This document shows, in pieces, positions 42,487 to 52,685 of a stretch of 64,000 bases of DNA. How positions within the stretch are numbered: position 1 is the first letter of the stretch; every line of letters begins with the position of its first letter. The notes under the pieces are model-generated. The model had not been told where the DNA came from. It saw only the letters and a list, made by a program, of their open reading frames with translations, and searched no databases. Source of the stretch: an uncultured Verrucomicrobiae bacterium (GTDB lineage Bacteria > Chlamydiota > Chlamydiia > Chlamydiales > Rhabdochlamydiaceae); assembly GCA_963806855.1 (NCBI GenBank), contig CAWDYW010000001.1, positions 128,001 to 192,000 on the forward strand, read 5' to 3'. A program made the position numbers and the translations under genes.

Positions 42487-43452
42487 ATGAAAAAAATCGG
42501 TCTTCTATTGTTCATCCTCATAAGCTTCGGTTCACTTGATGCAGTGCCCCTAACCAACTGGCGACAGAATGCAGTGATTAAAGCTACGGCGAGAAAACCA
42601 GCGCGCACTGCTGTCCTGATCATTTCCGTACCCTTGGAAAACAGTCCGACGTCACATCGTTGGAAATTAGGTAAGAAAGTATGGGAGCAGTATATGAATA
42701 GCCATCCGGATGTGGATTGTTATTTTGTACAATGTACAAGTTCCAGATCAGGACAAGAAGAGGTGTGGATTGAAGGAAATACAATTTATATTGGGGATCC
42801 GCATTATGCAAATAATGGCGATCGAATACTCTATAAAACCATCGCTGCAATAGAATGTCTAGTGCCGGATTATACTCACTTCATTCGGACAAATTTAAAC
42901 ACATTTATCAATCTAAAAAATGTTCATGAGTATATGGAAACTCACCATCAAAGCTTTTACACAGCTGCGATTTGGCAGACAGAGTGGTACTCCATAGGTT
43001 ATGGGATTTTATTTACAGCCGATGTAGCCGCCCATATTGCCAGCGAATATCGACGGTTGGAAAAGATGAAAAGGGAGTTGTTAAGTGCAAGTCATGCAGA
43101 TGATTGTGTTCTTACTTCTCTTGCAACGGGGGTCAATCCTCTTCTAAAACAGCACCCCTTTCGCAGTTGCCCCACTCTCCCCCCTGGCGTTCGGCAAGGA
43201 ATGAGTATTGAATCATTTGGATCACCACGAATTAGCCCGTACGCATCTTATTTACTCCAGCCCATTACCCTTGCGCAAGCAATAGCATATTGTGAAGCAG
43301 CACCGCCGACAATGATGTTGTATCGCACGCGAGAAGGATTTACAATAACAGAACTTGCACAGTTTTATGAATATTTATTACAGAAAAATTATCCTGAATT
43401 ACCCTCGATCGATTTAGTGGGATATGTAATGAATAAACACTTAAAGCTATAA
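42487..43452 (+). CDS. Signal-peptide protein, probable GT-A glycosyltransferase; paralog of 38990-39961
   Basis: GGAGG SD; ILYKT, YTHFIRTNLNTF, GYGILFTADV, HADD. Confidence 0.6.
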   Translation: MKKIGLLLFILISFGSLDAVPLTNWRQNAVIKATARKPARTAVLIISVPLENSPTSHRWKLGKKVWEQYMNSHPDVDCYFVQCTSSRSGQEEVWIEGNTIYIGDPHYANNGDRILYKTIAAIECLVPDYTHFIRTNLNTFINLKNVHEYMETHHQSFYTAAIWQTEWYSIGYGILFTADVAAHIASEYRRLEKMKRELLSASHADDCVLTSLATGVNPLLKQHPFRSCPTLPPGVRQGMSIESFGSPRISPYASYLLQPITLAQAIAYCEAAPPTMMLYRTREGFTITELAQFYEYLLQKNYPELPSIDLVGYVMNKHLKL

Positions 43453-43609
43453 CGCGCGCGGTTACACCTTTGAAAATCGATTGGTGAGGCTACCATAAAT
43501 AATGTGAGGCACCGCAATAAAAAATCGCCAAGTTTGAAAAAATTTGGTTAAAATAGCTCGATGGTGATAGCATTCTGGATGCAAAAAACCTCTCAGGAAA
43601 TGGATAAAT

Positions 43610-44326
43610 ATGAAACGAAATTTCTTTCGGCTTTTTCTCTTGCTTTTCACAATGATGACATCTGTTTATGCTTCAACAGATCAAAGAGTGGACCAACTTG
43701 TTGAGCATGTAAAACGATGTATTGCTCTTGGTGAGCAAAAAAAATCTCCACTTACCGATGCTGTCCTTAATATACCTGGGATGTCTGGCTACAAGGTCAA
43801 ACATTTTTTAAATAACCTCTGCTCGATCCCCGGTACTTCTTATTTGGAAATTGGCTGTTGGAAAGGTTCTACACTTGTTGCTGCTCTTTATGGAAATGAA
43901 CGGAACGTCAGATATGCTGTTGCAATAGATAACTGGACAGAATTTGGAGGTCCAAGGAATGAATTTATATCGAATACTCGACACTTCCTCACTCCAAACA
44001 TGCTCCATTTTTATGAACAAGATTGTTTTTCTATCAATAAAATTGCCTGTTTTTCAGTTCCGGTGAATATCTATTTCTATGATGGGCAACATTCAGCTGA
44101 AAGCCAAGAGCGGGCCTTCACCTATTTTGATGAGGTCTTCGATGATGTTTTTATCGCCATTGTCGACGATTGGAATTGGGAGGCTGTAAGAGAAGGGACC
44201 TACTCTGCATTTACCAAACTCAATTATGAGATTTGTTTTGATCAGGCTCTATATACAAATAAAGAAGGCGATCCGGAGAGTTGGTGGAATGGAATTTACG
44301 TCGCTGTGATTAAAAAATCTGCATGA
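43610..44326 (+). CDS. Class I SAM methyltransferase with signal peptide
   Basis: YLEIGCWKGST, AIDNW, FYDGQH, IVDDWNW, WWNG. Confidence 0.82.
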   Translation: MKRNFFRLFLLLFTMMTSVYASTDQRVDQLVEHVKRCIALGEQKKSPLTDAVLNIPGMSGYKVKHFLNNLCSIPGTSYLEIGCWKGSTLVAALYGNERNVRYAVAIDNWTEFGGPRNEFISNTRHFLTPNMLHFYEQDCFSINKIACFSVPVNIYFYDGQHSAESQERAFTYFDEVFDDVFIAIVDDWNWEAVREGTYSAFTKLNYEICFDQALYTNKEGDPESWWNGIYVAVIKKSA

Positions 44327-44450
44327 ACTTTTTTCAGATGCAGGTCTCCTCAAGAAAAGTCTTCCCTCCTATGAGGCCCGAATTGGACAGCAGCAGATGT
44401 CAAAGCAGATTTGGGAGGCCTTTGAGAAGGAAACATCAGCGCTATACGAA
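44323..44450 (+). repeat. Orphan duplicate of the dinG 5' region
   Basis: Ungapped match to 45813-45940, 13 mismatches in 128 bp by manual alignment. Confidence 0.92.
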
Positions 44451-44532
44451 TAATCATGGTTTAACAATTCTTAAACGAATCGGATCATGAAAAGGTTAAC
44501 CTCTTAATTTTTAAGAGGTGAACATTTTGATT

Positions 44533-45626
44533 TCAATTCTCATAGAAAGGACTTTGTCTTCTGGAATATTCTACCAAAAGTCTATAGAGATATTCGTAAA
44601 CAGCTTCTTGAGACAAGACCTCTTTAGCGAGTATTTGTGCTCGTTGTGACATGTGTTGACATTCTAACGGATGCTGGTGAGCCCATTGTAGCTGAGCGAT
44701 AAGATCAGAGAGATCTTCCTCTACGGGAATAAAATGAGTATAAGGTATAAGCACTCTATAGAACCACTGGAATGAGTTGGTCATATTTTTTAATATGACA
44801 GAATTGGAGTGAAGAAGAAGCCCTAGCCTCGGCGCTGAAGCGCAATTTCCATCTATGTCCATCAAATATTTGTTTCGAATATAGTTAGTCATTTCAACAT
44901 AATTGCCAATATAGCCTTCTTTTTTTGCTTGTTCGAAAAATTGAGAATTGTGAAGGCTTATAGCAAATTTTGCATCGATCAAGCGAGGGTATTGAATTGA
45001 AAGGGCTACGAGCTGAGGTCGGGGAAATGTTTTCCAAGCAGAATAGCTAGAATTGTCGAAAACTCCAGAGTCTCCCCCTCTAAAAAAGAGAATATTTCGC
45101 TTGCCTCTCCAAGGAGACCTTCTATTTCCTTTAAGGACCTGAGATTTATCTGGTTCATAACCTTTGAGAGCGAACCAATCGGGAATGAGAATGACTCCTG
45201 GATCTTCTTTTCGTTTAGAAAGAATGCAGATGGGAAGAGGTAGATCTGAAGGAGTGTGAATTTCGTCATTCGCAGAGATTAAAAGATCGAGATCGGGAAG
45301 AGGCAATAAATAATGGAGTTCCTGAAAATGGGGAATATATCGATCAGGAACGCTATGAGTCAAAGCGCTGGGACTTTTTTCGATGCTCATTTGTCCGTTG
45401 ACAACGCGAATTCTAAAGAGGTTATTCTTGGCATTTGTAAAGAGTTCATCTAGGTTTTTTTTACTGAGATGATACGTAAAAGGAGCTAATTCTTCTTCGA
45501 TCTCATCAGCCATCCAGGAAGGCGCAGGCTCTTTCAATCTTTGATAGAAAAGCTGATAGTTAAAAGCTTCAAGAGATGAAAAAAAAGGACCACAGAAGTA
45601 AACAAACTTACAATGATGGTATTCAT
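44533..45626 (-). CDS. Glycosyltransferase family 90 (CAP10/POGLUT-like) with signal peptide; frameshift in homopolymer near 45580
   Basis: LPDLDLL, ILIPD, FFRGG, KYLMDIDGN, QWFY..L.PY.HFIPV, WA; GGAGG SD before ATG 45626. Confidence 0.85.
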
Positions 45627-45787
45627 GGTCCTCCTAAGTTTAGGGAGTAGTAATGTATTGGATTGAACTTTTTTATGCAATCTCTAAACTTAGACATTGT
45701 GCATTTTTGGCTTTCAGAAAATCATTGACATCATGGAACATTGATCTGTTTACCTGAATAGCATTTTAAACCTTGTTGAGAGATAAA

Positions 45788-47811
45788 ATGACAGAAACTA
45801 TAACTCTCTTGGATGAGCTTTTTTCCGATGCGGGTCTTCTTAAGAAAAGTCTTCCCTCCTATGAAGCGCGCATTGGACAGCAGCAGATGTCTAAGCAGAT
45901 TTGGGAGGCCTTTGAGAAGGATGCATCAGCGCTTTTCGAAGCGGGAACCGGCATTGGGAAAAGTCTCGCCTATCTCATCCCGGCCCTTCTGTGGAGCTTT
46001 CGGACCGGCGAGAAAATCGTCGTTTCGACCTATACGATCGCTCTTCAAGAACAGCTCATAGAAAAAGATATCCCGATGCTCCTTAAGGCCCTTGGGCTCG
46101 AATTGAGGGTAGTGCTCGCGAAGGGGATGGGCAATTACCTCTGTCTGCGCAAGCTCGAAGAGGTTTCAAAACAGCACGGTTTGTTTGATCAATCGGTTGA
46201 GCCCCTTGTCACATGGGCTGCGAAGACGACAGATGGAACGAAATCGGCTATCCCCTTTTCTATCTCGGGAGAGACCTGGGGACAGGTTTTTGCTGAATCG
46301 GATGCTTGTGCTTACGTAAAATGTCCGCACTACAAGCAATGCTTCTTTTTTAAGGCGCGGGCCAAGGTGCAAGACGCCGATATCATCATCGTCAATCACC
46401 ATTTGCTGATGGCCAACCTCCTTGCGAGTGAAAATCAATCGATTCTGCCTCCGTTTACTCGGCTGATTGTCGATGAGGCGCACCATCTCGAGCATGTGGC
46501 ACGCAGCTCGCTTACCCAAACACTCGATCGGATTCAGCTATTTAAAATCCTCGCCCGCGTGCACTCTGAGCATCACCCTGAATTGAGCCGGCTGATGTTT
46601 TTGAAAGAGGTCTTGAAACATGATAAAGTGCTGGCATTACGTCTTAGTGTCGATCTGCCAGGGGAAAAAAGGGATCTGACTCTCAAAATCAATACCGCCT
46701 TCGATCAACTTGACCAGCTCGTCTTGAACTCTTACAGGTCGCGCGTCAGCCCTGATTTGCTCAAAAATATGGAGGCACCCTTTTTAGAGGTTAAGGAGGG
46801 GCTGAAGCGGTACGCTGCCTCGCTAAGTAGCTTGGAAGGGTATGTGCCCGATGAGCTGAGGCAGAAGGTCGAGGGGGCTCTAGACGATATTGCAGGGGCG
46901 ATTCTGCGCCTAAAAGAGACGATTGCAACGATCGATGCGTTCTTTAAAAGCGAATCGGAGGGAAATGTCCGCTGGGCAGAAAAAACAGCCGAGGGGATTG
47001 TCTTATCACTAGCACAGCTCGATGTTGCTCCGTTCTTGCAAGAGAAGCTTTTTGATCCACTCAAAAGCACGGTACTGTGCAGCGCCACATTGACCATCGG
47101 TGAAAATTTTGAGCATGTTAAAAATAATCTCGGTCTCAAAGATGAAGTGGTGGAAGCAGTCTATCATTCCCCATTTGATTATAAAAACCGCACCCGTTTG
47201 CTCGGATTTCTGACCTTCCCCCGCCGAATGCTTATCACTTCATCAAGGATGCTTCACAGGTGATCCGTGAGGCGATCAAAATTAGCGGTGGAGGTGCATT
47301 TGTTCTCTTCACTTCGTACGACATGCTCAACAAATGCGCTCAGGAGCTCTTAGATCTCCCATTTCTGAAGCAGGGGGATCGACCTAGACATCAGCTCCTC
47401 GAAGAGTTTAAAAGCCGAAAAAATGGCATTCTCTTTGGAACTGATTCCTTTTGGGAAGGGGTCGATGTCGCCGGCGAAGCATTGAGGCTTGTCATCATCG
47501 TCAAATTGCCCTTTCCCGTCCCATCAGAACCACTGATTGAAGCTCGAGCTGAATATCTTAAGAAGCAGGGACGCGATCCATTCAATGAAGATTCGGTTCC
47601 TCAAGCCGTGATGAAGTTCAAGCAGGGATTCGGGAGGTTGATGCGGCGCAAGGATGATCGAGGATGTATTTTATGTCTGGACGAGCGGCTCTTTAACCGC
47701 CCCTATGGAAAAACCTTTTTAAAGAGCCTTCCCGAATGTGTCACCTCTTTCCAGCCCAAGAAGATCATCTTTGATGAAATGAGAAAATTCTACGAGCCAT
47801 TGCCGATGTGA
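45788..47811 (+). CDS. dinG: DinG/YoaA-family ATP-dependent helicase, frameshift near 47205
   Basis: EAGTGIGKS, Fe-S cysteines, VDEAHH, SATL, LFTSY, FWEGVD, KLPF, QGFGRL. Confidence 0.93.
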
Positions 47812-47822
47812 ATTCATTGAAT

Positions 47823-47854
47823 AAGGGTATTTTGAATTGATTCAAAATGCTCTT
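47823..47854 (+). terminator. Hairpin after dinG
   Basis: AAGGGTATTTTGAAT-tg-ATTCAAAATGCTCTT. Confidence 0.5.
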
Positions 47855-47898
47855 CTGAATTAAACTCCTCCTTTATAGTTTCATTTTTTGGAGTTTTT

Positions 47899-48321
47899 AT
47901 GAATGAGAATGATTTGAAAATCAGAAAACAGTGGCTCGTTATATGGATCCTTTCCATGTCGATTAGTTTTATCACTATGCTATTGCAGATGCTATTTGAT
48001 CATTCGCCTAATCTGCCCCCCGTAGTTCAATATTGGATCGGGGCCATTTCTTTACTCAGTATTGGGGCTTTAAACTATGTAGCCTATCGTTGTATCTACA
48101 AGAAACCTGGAACCAAACTCCTCACTCTTTTTCTTATATTCTCAGTAATCGCCCTTCCCGTGACGCCTATTCTCTATCTTAAGGGCCAACTAGAGCCACT
48201 TCCTTATATTCCCTATTATGGAGTTTTCTTGCTTATGTCTGAGGTGATCGGCATTGTATGGATTATCGTATGCTGGAGAATGAGGAAAGCAAATAAAAGA
48301 TTGCAGGCACTAAAAGGCTAA
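47899..48321 (+). CDS. Hypothetical four-TM membrane protein
   Basis: GGAG SD; four hydrophobic helices; YKKPGTKLL. Confidence 0.7.
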   Translation: MNENDLKIRKQWLVIWILSMSISFITMLLQMLFDHSPNLPPVVQYWIGAISLLSIGALNYVAYRCIYKKPGTKLLTLFLIFSVIALPVTPILYLKGQLEPLPYIPYYGVFLLMSEVIGIVWIIVCWRMRKANKRLQALKG

Positions 48322-48944
48322 TAGGTCTTGCCCATCTCGCTAGCTACTTTGAGACATAAAGCTTCATTTTCTTTCGCTTTTGTAGGATCTCCGAGCGTTC
48401 CATCAGCAACGATCTCTCGGATGTCCTTAAAGCCGATAAACTGGAGCCATAGCTTCATGTAAGGCTTTTCCATATCGTACGCTTCCGCCCCAGACCCTAG
48501 ACGATAGCCACCGCCGCTAGAGTACACGATGACTGCGGGCTTGCCTGTGACTAGGCCAATGTAGCTTCCTTGAGGGGAGACGTTAAAAGCCAATCCGGGT
48601 TGAGTGAGGATGTCAATGTAGTGTTTCAGCCGATAAGGGATGCTAAAGTTCCACATCGGCAAGCTGAAGAGATATTTATCAGCGCTGGCAAACTGGTGAA
48701 ACATATCTTTCACCCGCTGCCATGCTTCCTGCTCGCCTTTGTTCTGAGATTGTTGATGCATTACCGCATACTTTGCATTGATCGTATCTCCATCAAAAGG
48801 GGGAAGATCCATATGCCATAGATCTAGCTCTTCGACGGTATCCTTTGGATGTGTTGCACGGTACGAATCGAGAAACTGTTTAGCTACCCGAGATGAGTGT
48901 GAACGGTCCCGTGGTGATGTTTTGACATAGATCAACTTGGCCAT
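48318..48944 (-). CDS. azoR: FMN-dependent NADH-azoreductase
   Basis: SPR..SHS, PMWNFSIP..LK.YID, G.AF, SSGGGY, FIG. Confidence 0.9.
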   Translation of the reverse strand: MAKLIYVKTSPRDRSHSSRVAKQFLDSYRATHPKDTVEELDLWHMDLPPFDGDTINAKYAVMHQQSQNKGEQEAWQRVKDMFHQFASADKYLFSLPMWNFSIPYRLKHYIDILTQPGLAFNVSPQGSYIGLVTGKPAVIVYSSGGGYRLGSGAEAYDMEKPYMKLWLQFIGFKDIREIVADGTLGDPTKAKENEALCLKVASEMGKTY

Positions 48945-49040
48945 AGCAACTCCTTTTCGGATTTACCATAATCTACAGGTAGACATTTTTTTTTACCATT
49001 TTTTCTTTAGATTTTTTTTGAAAATGTTATCTTTCAGAGA

Positions 49041-49750
49041 ATGAGCAAGAATAATTTTTTAAGGAAAATAGCACATTGGGGACCTCTTCTGATCATCGCT
49101 ATCGCGTTGACCCTTTTCTTTATTTTTGGCCTGAAAAAGTACTTCACAATTGAGTCGCTGAAAAAGTATCAATCTACACTAACGCAGCTGATTGCCGACC
49201 ATCGGTTATTATCACCTATTGTTTACATGGCTCTCTATGCTCTTACAACAACATTTTTACTCCCGGTCGGGGTATTTCTCTCTATAATAGGAGGCTTTTT
49301 CTTCTCACATCCGCTAGCTGAGCTTTATATTTTAGTAGGAACCACCTCTGGGGCATGCGTTGTTTATCTTGCCGCAAAAGGTCCCCTGCATGAGGTCTTT
49401 CTGAATAAAGCTGGCCCTGGCTTAAAAAAATTAAAAAGGAATTTAAAAGTAATGATGTGAACTATCTCCTTTTTCTACGCGTGGTTCCTTTTTCCCCTTT
49501 TTGGCTTGTAAATCTAGCTTGTTCATTTTTTGGAGTTCGTTTTTGGACATTTGCCTGGGCAACATTTGTTGGGAATATCCCATCGACAATTATTTTTGTC
49601 GATATAGGAACTCAGGTAGATAAAATTTTGAAAATAAGCGGACCTATTTCAGCGTCCTCTTTCTTGAGTTGGCATATGATCCTATTGTTGATTGTCACAG
49701 CTCTTTTTTTCCTCATTCCCATTTTTGTCAAAAAATTAAAATCTGAATGA
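49041..49750 (+). CDS. TVP38/TMEM64 (DedA/VTT) membrane protein, frameshift near 49430
   Basis: GGFFF, GTTSGA, FLRVVPFSPFWLVN, FAWATFVG.IP. Confidence 0.85.
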
Positions 49751-49794
49751 TAGAAAATTGTGTTCTCAAGGTACGAAAAAAGGTTGCAATAGCA

Positions 49795-49867
49795 TCCCGA
49801 ATGTGCCACCACTTTCCAGCCAAAGAAGATCATCTTTGATGAGATGAAGAGATTTTATGGAGCGTAG
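49795..49867 (+). repeat. Orphan duplicate of the dinG 3' end, running into tRNA-Ala
   Basis: 49795-49858 matches 47730-47793 (9 mismatches in 64 bp); reads PECATTFQPKKIIFDEMKRFYGA*. Confidence 0.88.
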
Positions 49868-49930
49868 CGGGGTCGAACCGCTGACCTCAACAATGCCATT
49901 GTTGCGCTCTACCAACTGAGCTAACGCCCC
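49858..49930 (-). tRNA. tRNA-Ala(GGC)
   Basis: GGGGCGTTAGCTCAGTTGGTAGAGCGCAACAATGGCATTGTTGAGGTCAGCGGTTCGACCCCGCTACGCTCCA; G3:U70 pair; CCA not encoded. Confidence 0.97.
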
Positions 49931-50038
49931 ACAAAGCGATCAATGATACTAAGTTCTCCCTTTTTCAACAAGTTATTCTCTCAGGGATTGCCTTGTATAG
50001 GAAAATAGTTTGTAGATACATTATTCTTCAGATAGCTT

Positions 50039-52495
50039 TCATTCTATGATGTTGACAGGTCCACCACCTATTATGGTGAATGTACCTGAGTTCACACCAG
50101 GTTCCACAAGGTTAAGCGTAAAAGGCGAGGAATTGGAGTTTTGAATGCCGTAGCCCGTACCATCACAGGAGTTACCATTCATGAAAAGAGTCATCGTCGA
50201 AGAGTCTCCGTTGCTGATATAGAAGCCATAGCCATTGCTATTGCCATTTCCGACCAGTGTGTTGTTTTCAAATGTTAAATTGCTTGAAGCTGGACCCCCT
50301 TGAGGCAAGAACAAGACACCTGCGGAGGTATTCGATTGGATCAGGTTGTCCTTGATGAGTGCTGTCACGCTTGCTCCGTTTTGTCCAGATCCGCTACCCC
50401 AAGCTAAATTAGGGGATATGACAATTCCGTTAGAACCATTACTATTAACCGTGTTGTTGCATAAGACAACGTTAGCCTTTGCAGAGTTAACGGCAGCTAC
50501 GTACATACCGATGCCGCCGGTGCCGCTGTTGACGGGATTATTAGAACAATTATTCTCACAGGCGGTGACATTGATGGTTGCCGAATCCTGAGCCTGGAAG
50601 ACCATCCCATAATCATTGCCTTGAGCAAGGTTGTTAAGGACTGTTGCATTGATCGTACTATTGCTGCCTGCATAAAGCCAATAGCCGCCAGCCGGATAAT
50701 AAGTATTATCTTCACTATTATTGTTCATGATGAGCAAATTGAGAATTGAATCTCCAGCTTGAGTGTTTTGACCGCTATCAAGATTCGTTTGAATCAAAAG
50801 AGGACCATTAAGACCGCCACCATCCCAATATTGGAGCGTGTTGTTTAAAATGCTGACATTTGCTGCGTAAGAGCCGGGACCTCCAGACAGTCCAATTTGT
50901 TCGATATAAATTCCATTTTGCCCGCCCGACATGTTGGGATTAGAATTGATGGTGTTGTTTTGAATAAGGACATCGCCCGTGACAGCTCTCAAATAGATAC
51001 CATACGCCCCTCCTGCAGCTAGGACGGATAAGTTACTGTTAGCGACTGTGATATTGTTAATCTGATAGAAATTGGAGGTGTTTGGAATCAGATTGGTAAT
51101 CACACTCTCATTACCTTGCAGTAAGTTGAACTGAAATCCAGAAATGACGGTATTGTTACCATTAACATAGAAGAGATTATCCGTATATCCCTGCGTAATG
51201 CTGGGCAGGCTTGAAGTAAAAGCCGGAATCGCGATATCAACAATTGTGGGTCCCACTTGCATGGGGACTGACTGCACAATTCCTGAGCCGAGCCAGTTCT
51301 GGTTCTCTTGTAAAACTATCTGCTGATCGACCACGGAACTCAAGGTAAAGTTTCCAGAAATATAAAGCACATCGTTGCTGCGAGACTGTGTCGATGCGTA
51401 GTAGATGTCGTTGTAGGGGTTTTCAAATGTCCCATTGCCATTCGTAGAAGCATTGGCATTGACAAAGATGAAATTGAGAGGTCCCCCGTAGATCGACTGA
51501 GCTATCGGATCGACTGTCCGGGTATAGCGCAGTTTTCTCTTGTCGGCGACGATAATCTCATTGCGCTGCATTGGCTGAACCATGCGGGATTCCATCACTA
51601 ACAGTTCATCGCACGATACATCAATTCGTTGCGTTTTCTTGTTCACGCGGCCGCCAAAGGGAATATTGATCGAGGCCTCTCCTTGGAAATTGTTGTGGAA
51701 GAGTTTGTCATAGGAGTCGCTGAGCTGTAGTGTCAGATAAGGAGTAATTCGCGCCTGAAGGCGCACCTTTCCGCCAAGGGCATGCCGTTTGTGTCCGCTC
51801 GGAGCATGGAAGTAATAGGGCCCAAGACCCAAATAGAGAGAGTAATTTTCTTGAGGCTCCATCAAGTAAAAACCGAGCTCGCCATCTATACCTTTCATGG
51901 CGAACTCCACTTTTTTGCGGAAATCGTATGTCGTCGAGAAAAAGAGGTTATGGCCCGCAAACTTCTCGAAATTGAAAGAGGCGACTTGCGAGGAAGTGCG
52001 CGAAGCAGTTTTATGGCCGAAAGGGAGGTAGCCATTCACTCTCAGTTCCCAGCATTTTTTGAGCAGCTCGAAGCTCAATCCCGCTTGGTTATAATGAGAC
52101 CAACGGGTTTGTCGAAAATCGTAATAAGCGCCGAGAGCTGTGACGAGCAGAGAGTCTGTCATCCACCTGATTCCGACGCCTGCATTCGCAGCAAATTTCC
52201 CATTATTGAAAACATGCCCCCGGATATCTAAAAAAGGAATCACATGAGAAAAACACGAATAAGGCGTAAGGAAAACCCCGATGGTCGAATACCCTTCCTT
52301 ATAACCGACACCTTTGCCTTCAATGTGCTTAAAGTAGACTGTATCGGAACGGACGCCAGGAGGGCATTCCTCAGTCTGATACTGTTCGCAGCATATGTCC
52401 GCGTCGGTCTGATTCTGTTCCGAGTATATGTCCGCATCGGTCATTGTATAGGCTAATGGACTGAATAGTAATGTCATTATTAGTTGTTTTTTCAT
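50039..52495 (-). CDS. Inverse-autotransporter-like beta-barrel protein with right-handed beta-helix passenger
   Basis: Signal peptide; ANAGVGIR, GAYYD, RVNGYLPFG, G.DGE.G, RM.QP..RNEII; GNGTFENPY; Asn/Gly-rich PbH1-like repeats. Confidence 0.8.
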   Translation of the reverse strand: MKKQLIMTLLFSPLAYTMTDADIYSEQNQTDADICCEQYQTEECPPGVRSDTVYFKHIEGKGVGYKEGYSTIGVFLTPYSCFSHVIPFLDIRGHVFNNGKFAANAGVGIRWMTDSLLVTALGAYYDFRQTRWSHYNQAGLSFELLKKCWELRVNGYLPFGHKTASRTSSQVASFNFEKFAGHNLFFSTTYDFRKKVEFAMKGIDGELGFYLMEPQENYSLYLGLGPYYFHAPSGHKRHALGGKVRLQARITPYLTLQLSDSYDKLFHNNFQGEASINIPFGGRVNKKTQRIDVSCDELLVMESRMVQPMQRNEIIVADKRKLRYTRTVDPIAQSIYGGPLNFIFVNANASTNGNGTFENPYNDIYYASTQSRSNDVLYISGNFTLSSVVDQQIVLQENQNWLGSGIVQSVPMQVGPTIVDIAIPAFTSSLPSITQGYTDNLFYVNGNNTVISGFQFNLLQGNESVITNLIPNTSNFYQINNITVANSNLSVLAAGGAYGIYLRAVTGDVLIQNNTINSNPNMSGGQNGIYIEQIGLSGGPGSYAANVSILNNTLQYWDGGGLNGPLLIQTNLDSGQNTQAGDSILNLLIMNNNSEDNTYYPAGGYWLYAGSNSTINATVLNNLAQGNDYGMVFQAQDSATINVTACENNCSNNPVNSGTGGIGMYVAAVNSAKANVVLCNNTVNSNGSNGIVISPNLAWGSGSGQNGASVTALIKDNLIQSNTSAGVLFLPQGGPASSNLTFENNTLVGNGNSNGYGFYISNGDSSTMTLFMNGNSCDGTGYGIQNSNSSPFTLNLVEPGVNSGTFTIIGGGPVNIIE
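52372..52442 (-). repeat. 33-nt tandem repeat (about 2 copies) after the signal peptide
   Basis: TDADIYSEQNQ / TDADICCEQYQ. Confidence 0.75.
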
Positions 52496-52685
52496 AGAGG
52501 TCTCCTGTGTATTTGTCTGGCTATAGGAACTGTAATATAGTAGTTTTATTTTTTTTTCATCAATGAAGAATTTTAAATTTTGTTGACCCGACCTTACAAT
52601 CCCAAGAACTTATTCTTGTTCAGATTGAATAGGATTTATGATTCAAGAATTGGCTAGTAAATAGGCAATGAACTAGAATGCAGAC

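Noticed and set aside
47812..49930. Prophage or integrase-driven island at tRNA-Ala
   Set aside because: No integrase and no duplicated tRNA 3' end were seen; the duplicated sequence is the dinG end.
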